Assembly: GCA_963786955.1 (NCBI GenBank)
Contig: CAWBAT010000005.1
Span: 640,001-704,000 of the forward strand
Direction: 5' to 3'
From: an uncultured Acidimicrobiia bacterium
Lineage (GTDB): Bacteria; Acidobacteriota; Terriglobia; Versatilivoradales; Versatilivoraceae
Length of the DNA: 64,000 nucleotides
Shown: in pieces, positions 63,408 to 64,000 of the stretch
Layout: the number at the start of each line of letters is the position of its first letter
How positions within the stretch are numbered: position 1 is the first letter of the stretch
The notes under the pieces: model-generated
What the model was told of the DNA's origin: nothing
The model's input: only the letters and a program-made list of their open reading frames with translations
The model's database searches: none
Program-made: the position numbers and the translations under genes

Positions 63408-63886
63408 TCGAGATTGCTTCAGAAGATGCAATTGTAAACATTTCAAGGCAGGGTCGCCTTGTTCAAGTTATGGTGAATCTGATTGTTATCGTGGGGCTGT
63501 GTATTTTTGGACTAGGCTGTAATGAGGGCAGTATAACTTGGTCGACTGAAGCATATTCTCCTGATGGGGTCTGGCATGCGACTGCCCATACTCGCCAATG
63601 GGGAGGCCCCGGGACAGCTTTTGTAGAGACGACCGTGTACCTTGATCAAAGCAGGGTGAAAGGGCCTCCGACCCTTATACTAGCCTTTACTCATCAGTAT
63701 TCTAGTAGAATGTATCTGAAATTGGAATGGATCACAGCAAAGCACTTGGACGTCACTTATGGTTATGGTGAGAGCGGAAGACCTGGCGATCATGTTGATC
63801 TAATCTTCCAAGCAGTCAAGAACAATGGTGTTGAAATTACGGCGAGAGAGATTCCGAGTGGAACAAAAAAGGCCACAACTCAATAA
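63404..63886 (+). CDS. Putative cognate immunity protein (lipoprotein-like)
   Basis: ATGA overlap with the Rhs stop; hydrophobic stretch plus 'GLGC' lipobox. Confidence 0.6.
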   Translation: MIEIASEDAIVNISRQGRLVQVMVNLIVIVGLCIFGLGCNEGSITWSTEAYSPDGVWHATAHTRQWGGPGTAFVETTVYLDQSRVKGPPTLILAFTHQYSSRMYLKLEWITAKHLDVTYGYGESGRPGDHVDLIFQAVKNNGVEITAREIPSGTKKATTQ

Positions 63887-64000
63887 CGCCATTGCCAAAA
63901 ACTCTAGTCACACCCAACGACAAGGCCGTGGGGGTGTTGGGGCCAGCCCTCAAAAATCAAATTAGTTCAGTACACCCGGAAAAAGATCGGTGACCAGACC

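Noticed and set aside
63960-64000. Possible IS end (CAGTACACCCGGAAAAAGATCGGTGACCA)
   Set aside because: Cut by the window edge; no partner repeat or transposase visible.

Overview
Bacterial chromosomal window, mostly ~50-55% GC by eye. The gene content (proline-rich TonB, ImcH-like and MtrCAB-like cytochromes, Rhs style) suggests Acidobacteriota, which is an inference. Layout: (1) 1-11.7 kb, minus strand: USP, TonB, acyl-CoA transferase, 2-oxoacid:ferredoxin oxidoreductase, Rieske/cytochrome b with nona- and pentaheme cytochromes, a YbaK-type deacylase and an eRF1-like release factor. (2) 12.2-22 kb: a divergent extracellular electron transfer module (ImcH-like cytochrome, PPIase, MtrC, MtrA, MtrB-like porin, pentaheme cytochrome). 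(3) 24.3-36.6 kb: a 10-gene lipid operon that looks like a split, expanded version of the myxobacterial ElbD ether-lipid enzyme; this is the best candidate for an undescribed system. (4) 37-45 kb: a high-GC sulfatase/phosphatase island abutting an internally deleted IS1380-family element. (5) ALDH, tRNA-Sec, NUDIX, enoyl-CoA hydratase, gmd, rfbC. (6) An incomplete nuo cluster (A, D, F, G, H, I) with a DHH phosphoesterase between nuoA and nuoD. (7) An orphan Rhs toxin with candidate immunity genes. Several intergenic regions hold REP-like palindromes enclosed by IS-like terminal inverted repeats. About 25-30 single-base frameshifts split otherwise intact genes and are probably sequencing errors; coordinates for those genes are the reconstructed spans. 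All calls come from reading motifs by eye, with no database searches.
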